From Oxynema sp. CENA135 (GTDB lineage: Bacteria > Cyanobacteriota > Cyanobacteriia > Cyanobacteriales > Laspinemataceae): DNA of 32,159 bases. The stretch is from contig NZ_JAEOXH010000002.1 of assembly GCF_016632315.1 (NCBI RefSeq), positions 1 through 32,159 of the forward strand, given 5' to 3'. Shown here piece after piece: positions 28,521 through 32,159 of this stretch. The position numbers were made by a program, and so were the translations under genes. The notes beneath the pieces were generated by a model. That model ran no database searches and was not told the DNA's origin. It was given only the letters and a program-made list of their open reading frames with translations. The first letter of the stretch is position 1. Each line of letters begins with the position of its first letter.

Positions 28521-28850
28521 GAGGGGTTCGGGGAGCTATAAGTCCCGCGCTGTATGCGAAGCATCAGCGTCGGGATCCATGGACTCCCCGAGCTGGTCTC
28601 ATCCCCACCCTACGGGAAGGGCCAAGCCCTACGATGGGGATGAGACCAGCATTTACAGGCAGCTATAGCCTTTGGTAAACTCCGGCCATGCTGACCTGTC
28701 AAGTCGGTCTGTCGGGGGTCTATGACCTAGATCGGTGGCGTGGGGCAGGAACACCCAATCGTGAGGCTGGGAAGCCCGCGCTGTAATCTTTGATTCAGCG
28801 TCGGGAGGATGTCACGTTGGGGAATCGAGTAGAATCAGTTAGGGGATCGA
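28521..28850. repeat. Hairpin-dense non-coding element (REP/MITE-like or structured RNA).
   Basis: It has a perfect 15-bp inverted repeat ctggtctcatcccca (28592-28606) / tggggatgagaccag (28634-28648) with a 27-nt loop. It also has two copies of a cccgcgctgta...cagcgtcggga dyad unit (28542-28575 and 28774-28808), and smaller cggggag/ctccccg and gctatag pairs. Confidence 0.6.
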
Positions 28851-28863
28851 ATAGGATGGAGAA

Positions 28864-29961
28864 TTAGCGTCCGACGATTCCCGGGGCTAACGGTTTGAGG
28901 CGAAAGATGTAGAAGGGCGATCGCGATCGATCGTCCCCTGCATTGAACGCCGGGGCGTGTTGGAGTTGGTTGGCGATCGCGTAGAGATAGCCGTCGGGGC
29001 CGAAACTGAAGGCATCGGGCCAGGAGAGGCGATCGGAGGTGACGAGGAGTTGATAGCGACGATCGCCCGTAATGACACCGATCGCGTTAGCCGCCAAATC
29101 GGTAATGTAGATGTTGCCCTCGCGATCGATCGAGATCCCATCGCAAATGGGTTTGTCGCTGTAGCGTTCGACGCGGGCGGACAATTCGGCATCGGCGAGG
29201 GCGCGATCGCGCAAATCCGAAGTTCGCACTCGATATAAACTAGTGCCGTGCATCGGGCCGAAATACAGCCACTCGTCCGCCCCATCGAGGGCGATCGGAT
29301 TGACGCCGACCCGAGGACTGACGACGGTTCCATCCGGGCGCGTTTGGGTCAGGGGAACGCCATCGATCGCCAATTGGACATCTTCCGCCACTACCGAGCG
29401 ATCGCCCTGGAGGACGCGCCGAGAAACCCCGGTACTCAGATCTACCACAATTAACGCGGCGCGATCGCCGGGTGCCGGATCGGCAATGTAAATATAATTG
29501 TGAGTTAAGTCTACCGCCAAATCGTTGACAAACGAGCCGTCAACCGTGACCGGAGGGGGCAGGTAAATGACGCGGTCGAGGCGATCGCCGCGCGTATCCC
29601 AAGCCACCAACTTCGGCGTTAGCTGCCCTCTCATGCCATTGTCGAGCATCCAGACCCGACCTTGGGGATCCGCTTGAATGCCTAAAACCGTATCGAGCAT
29701 CGCGCTTTCGCCGGAAGTGCGATCGTTCCAGGCGCGATCGGGAAACGGCAGCAGCTCCCCGGATTCTCGCACTTCCACCACCGCTTGTGCGGGGTCGAAC
29801 AGTTGGTGCAAACTAGTGACGATCGCCCCATCCGGCGTCACCGTAATATTTCCCGGCGCGATCTCCATTTCGGCGACCACTTCTAAGAGCGATCTCACTT
29901 GAGCGAGAACGGGTTGGCTGGCGAAACAAATGATACTGATGCTGGCGAAGAGGTGACGCAT
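28864..29961 (-). CDS. Secreted six-bladed beta-propeller protein (major royal jelly/yellow-like or SMP-30/gluconolactonase-like family).
   Basis: The signal peptide is MRHLFASISIICFASQPVLAQ. It has recurring blade motifs (NYIYIADPAPGD, GNIYITDLAANAIGVI, DGYLYAIANQ). The family assignment from sequence alone is tentative. Confidence 0.55.
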   Translation of the reverse strand: MRHLFASISIICFASQPVLAQVRSLLEVVAEMEIAPGNITVTPDGAIVTSLHQLFDPAQAVVEVRESGELLPFPDRAWNDRTSGESAMLDTVLGIQADPQGRVWMLDNGMRGQLTPKLVAWDTRGDRLDRVIYLPPPVTVDGSFVNDLAVDLTHNYIYIADPAPGDRAALIVVDLSTGVSRRVLQGDRSVVAEDVQLAIDGVPLTQTRPDGTVVSPRVGVNPIALDGADEWLYFGPMHGTSLYRVRTSDLRDRALADAELSARVERYSDKPICDGISIDREGNIYITDLAANAIGVITGDRRYQLLVTSDRLSWPDAFSFGPDGYLYAIANQLQHAPAFNAGDDRSRSPFYIFRLKPLAPGIVGR

Positions 29962-29995
29962 GGGATTTTAGATTTGAGAGTTTAGATTTGAGAGT
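29962..29995. repeat. STRR-like tandem repeat, 2 x tttagatttgagag.
   Basis: gggattttagatttgagagtttagatttgagagtttcgag. Its complement contains the same AATCTAA core seen at 20415 and 22425. Confidence 0.75.
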
Positions 29996-30094
29996 TTCGA
30001 GAATCTGTGCGGGGGGCTTGATGCACTGTAGGATTGGAAAAGAGCGAGCATCGAACGGGCTACTATTATCAATTGATGAGTGAAGGGAAAATAA

Positions 30095-30282
30095 CCATGG
30101 ACGAACAGAGCTTAAAAGAGCGGATCGAGGCGATCGAGAGCAAGCGGGAATCGCTGTTGCGGTTGTTGGAAAAACCAGATTTGGGAACCTTGCGGATCGA
30201 TGTCAATCAGGCGATCGAAGAAATGGACGATCTGATCGAAGAATTCAAACGCACCTTTCCCGATTCTGCCAGCCAGAATTAA
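30095..30282 (+). CDS. Small acidic helical hypothetical protein (61 aa from the ATG at 30095; the longest ORF runs from 30034).
   Basis: MDEQSLKERIEAIESKRESLLRLLEKPDLGTLRIDVNQAIEEMDDLIEEFKRTFPDSASQN. GAAGGG lies ~10 nt upstream of the ATG. A strong hairpin follows. There is no homology signal I can recognise. Confidence 0.35.
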
Positions 30283-30311
30283 ACCAATTCATTCCCAGAC
30301 CGGATTGGAGA

Positions 30312-30349
30312 CCAACCCGGTTTCTCTGTCATGCAGAAACCGGGTTGGG
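30312..30349. terminator. Bidirectional terminator-like hairpin between the convergent small ORF and ppk.
   Basis: A perfect 14-bp stem ccaacccggtttct (30312-30325) / agaaaccgggttgg (30335-30348) with a 9-nt loop. There is no U-tract on either side, which is common for cyanobacterial terminators. Confidence 0.45.
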
Positions 30350-30370
30350 CGACGGGGATGGAAATCTTGC

Positions 30371-32159
30371 CTACTGTAACGCCATCTCCATCAGAATTCT
30401 CTGAGAACTTTGCTCGTCAGTGCCATTGGGCGATCGCCGTTGTACGTAAGACCCATCCGACTGCAAATCCCAGGCTTGACGGTTATCCGCCAGCAAGATC
30501 CCGAGAATTTCTTGTAAATCCTTAGCCAAATCCGGGTCTTCCACCGGAGTAATCGCTTCCACGCGACGGTTGAGATTGCGAGGCATCCAATCCGCACTGC
30601 CGATAAACACCTCTTCCTCGCCGCAATTGTGGAAATAGAAAATGCGCGAATGTTCCAAAAAACGCCCGACAATACTGACAATGCGGATATTGTCGCTGAT
30701 ACCGGGAACCCCCGGTCGCAGACAGCAAATGCCGCGCACCACTAAATCAATTTGTACCCCCGCTTGAGACGCTTCGTAAAGCAAAGCGATAATCTTGGGA
30801 TCGACCAAAGAATTCATTTTGGCAACGATGCGACCGCTATAGCCATTGCGGGAATGTTCGATTTCCCGTTGAATCAGCGAACTCATGCGATCGCGCATAT
30901 TTACCGGAGCCACTAACAACTTACGATAAGAACGCTGGCGGGAATAACCCGTCAAAAAATTGAACAAATCCGTCAGATCCGCGCCCAAATCTTCACGACA
31001 GGTCAACAAACCCAAATCCGTGTACAACTTCGCCGTTTTCGGGTTGTAATTGCCCGTCCCGATATGGACGTAACGGCGGATCCCTTCATCTTCCCGGCGC
31101 ACCACCATCGCGATTTTGGTATGAGTTTTGAGTCCGACCAACCCGTAAACCACGTGAACGCCGACTTTTTCTAACTTACGGGCCCAGAGGATATTATTTT
31201 CCTCGTCGAAACGGGCTTTGAGTTCGACCAACACCGCCACTTGCTTGCCATTTTCGGCGGCGGCAATCAAAGCATTGACGATCGGCGAATCTCCCGAAGT
31301 GCGATAAAGAGTCATTTTAATCGCCAAAACCGCCGGATCGTAAGCCGCTTGGGTGATGAAACGCTGCACCGTGGCGGCGAACGACTGATAGGGATGGTGG
31401 AGGAGTAAATCCCGTTGGCGGATCAACCCAAAAATATCTTCCGCTTCTTCGCCGTCGCGTTGGGACGGGTCGATTTCCACCTCTCCCAAGCGGCGGAAAC
31501 GCGGGGGAACCACCGCCGACCAGGGGGGATCTTTGAGGTCGGGAAGGGGTAAATCCATAAACCCCATCAAGTCTCGCAAGTTGAGGAGTCCCTCGACTTC
31601 GTAAATATCCTTATCGTCGAGGGACATTTCCCGGGCGACCATGTCGCGGACGGGTTCGGGCATGTCGGACTGAATTTCCATGCGCACGACCGAACCGCCA
31701 AAACGGCGTTTGCGCAGTTCTTGTTCGATCGCCAGTAAGAGATCGTCCGCTTCGTCTTCTTCGACCTCTAGGGAAGCGTTGCGGGTAATGCGGAAGGGGT
31801 GGTATTCGAGAATATTCATGCCCGGAAACAGGGCTTCGAGATTGTGGGCGATCACCTGTTCCAAAGCGACCCAGTACCACTGTTTTTGTTTGTTCGAGGA
31901 ATTGCCCGTGGCGTTGCGATCGCGAGGCGAGTCCGTTCGCGAAGCGACTCCAAAGGAGTCAGACGTATCGCATTGTTGTTCGGGGATGGCGACGAAACGG
32001 GGCAGCACTTTCGGGACTTTGACCCGGGCGAATAGTTCTTCGTCGGTTTCCGGGTCTTTGATGACCACGGCTAAATTGAGGCTGAGATTGGAGATATAGG
32101 GGAAAGGATGGCCCGGATCGACGGCGAGGGGGGTGAGAACCGGGAAAATTTGCTCTTCA
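30371..32159 (-). CDS. ppk: Polyphosphate kinase 1. It is 5'-partial and continues beyond the window end.
   Basis: It has HTKIAMVVRREDEGIRRYVHIGTGNYN (phospho-His region) and GRFLEHSRIFYF, which are PPK1 C-terminal PLD-like domains. The frame stays open upstream of the listed GTG at 32068 through FPVLTPLAVDPGHPFPYISNLSLNLAVVIKDP, the PPK1 N-domain motif, to the window edge. Confidence 0.9.
   Translation of the reverse strand, partial: EEQIFPVLTPLAVDPGHPFPYISNLSLNLAVVIKDPETDEELFARVKVPKVLPRFVAIPEQQCDTSDSFGVASRTDSPRDRNATGNSSNKQKQWYWVALEQVIAHNLEALFPGMNILEYHPFRITRNASLEVEEDEADDLLLAIEQELRKRRFGGSVVRMEIQSDMPEPVRDMVAREMSLDDKDIYEVEGLLNLRDLMGFMDLPLPDLKDPPWSAVVPPRFRRLGEVEIDPSQRDGEEAEDIFGLIRQRDLLLHHPYQSFAATVQRFITQAAYDPAVLAIKMTLYRTSGDSPIVNALIAAAENGKQVAVLVELKARFDEENNILWARKLEKVGVHVVYGLVGLKTHTKIAMVVRREDEGIRRYVHIGTGNYNPKTAKLYTDLGLLTCREDLGADLTDLFNFLTGYSRQRSYRKLLVAPVNMRDRMSSLIQREIEHSRNGYSGRIVAKMNSLVDPKIIALLYEASQAGVQIDLVVRGICCLRPGVPGISDNIRIVSIVGRFLEHSRIFYFHNCGEEEVFIGSADWMPRNLNRRVEAITPVEDPDLAKDLQEILGILLADNRQAWDLQSDGSYVQRRSPNGTDEQSSQRILMEMALQ

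Overview
This 32 kb window reads as cyanobacterial chromosome. The octamer GCGATCGC (HIP1) is very dense in almost every gene, and STRR-like heptamer tandem repeats sit in the intergenic gaps. I call ~20 genes from the sequence.

1. A giant adhesin-like gene on the minus strand appears split by an AT-rich TnpB-only IS200/IS605-family element (1513-2727), which itself has no HIP1 sites. The N-terminal DUF4347 part is at 2843-3754. The C-terminal part, with dystroglycan-type cadherin-like domains and RTX calcium-binding repeats, is at 1-1529 and runs off the window.
2. A PTS-type dihydroxyacetone kinase system is split into two loci: dhaK-dhaL at 4900-6701 and a DhaM-HPr-EnzymeI fusion at 11386-13854.
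3. A Dcm-type C5 cytosine methyltransferase with no partner endonuclease, and a large secreted HExxH zinc metalloprotease, lie between the two dha loci.
4. Housekeeping genes follow: a pyrF/pyrE fusion, a fused double ABC ATPase, Fe-SOD and polyphosphate kinase 1.
5. The most interesting block is a co-directional cluster at 18.6-28.5 kb:
   - a long coiled-coil protein;
   - a Zn-ribbon + coiled-coil + WD40 protein;
   - a coiled-coil + WD40 protein;
   - a tandem CbbX/SpoVK-type AAA+ ATPase with a novel N-terminal domain;
   - a Zn-ribbon + coiled-coil + transmembrane helix + pentapeptide-repeat protein.
   The first and last of these share a clearly paralogous N-terminal module (CPVCxTxY...CSxCGWDL, then KERAxLxWARxxW) and a recurring coiled-coil motif, but differ in their C-terminal repeat scaffolds. 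This looks like a modular, possibly conflict/signalling-type system rather than ordinary metabolism.
6. A 330-bp hairpin-dense non-coding element follows the cluster.

No rRNA, tRNA or CRISPR array was found. Every call rests on reading the translations. No database search was possible.
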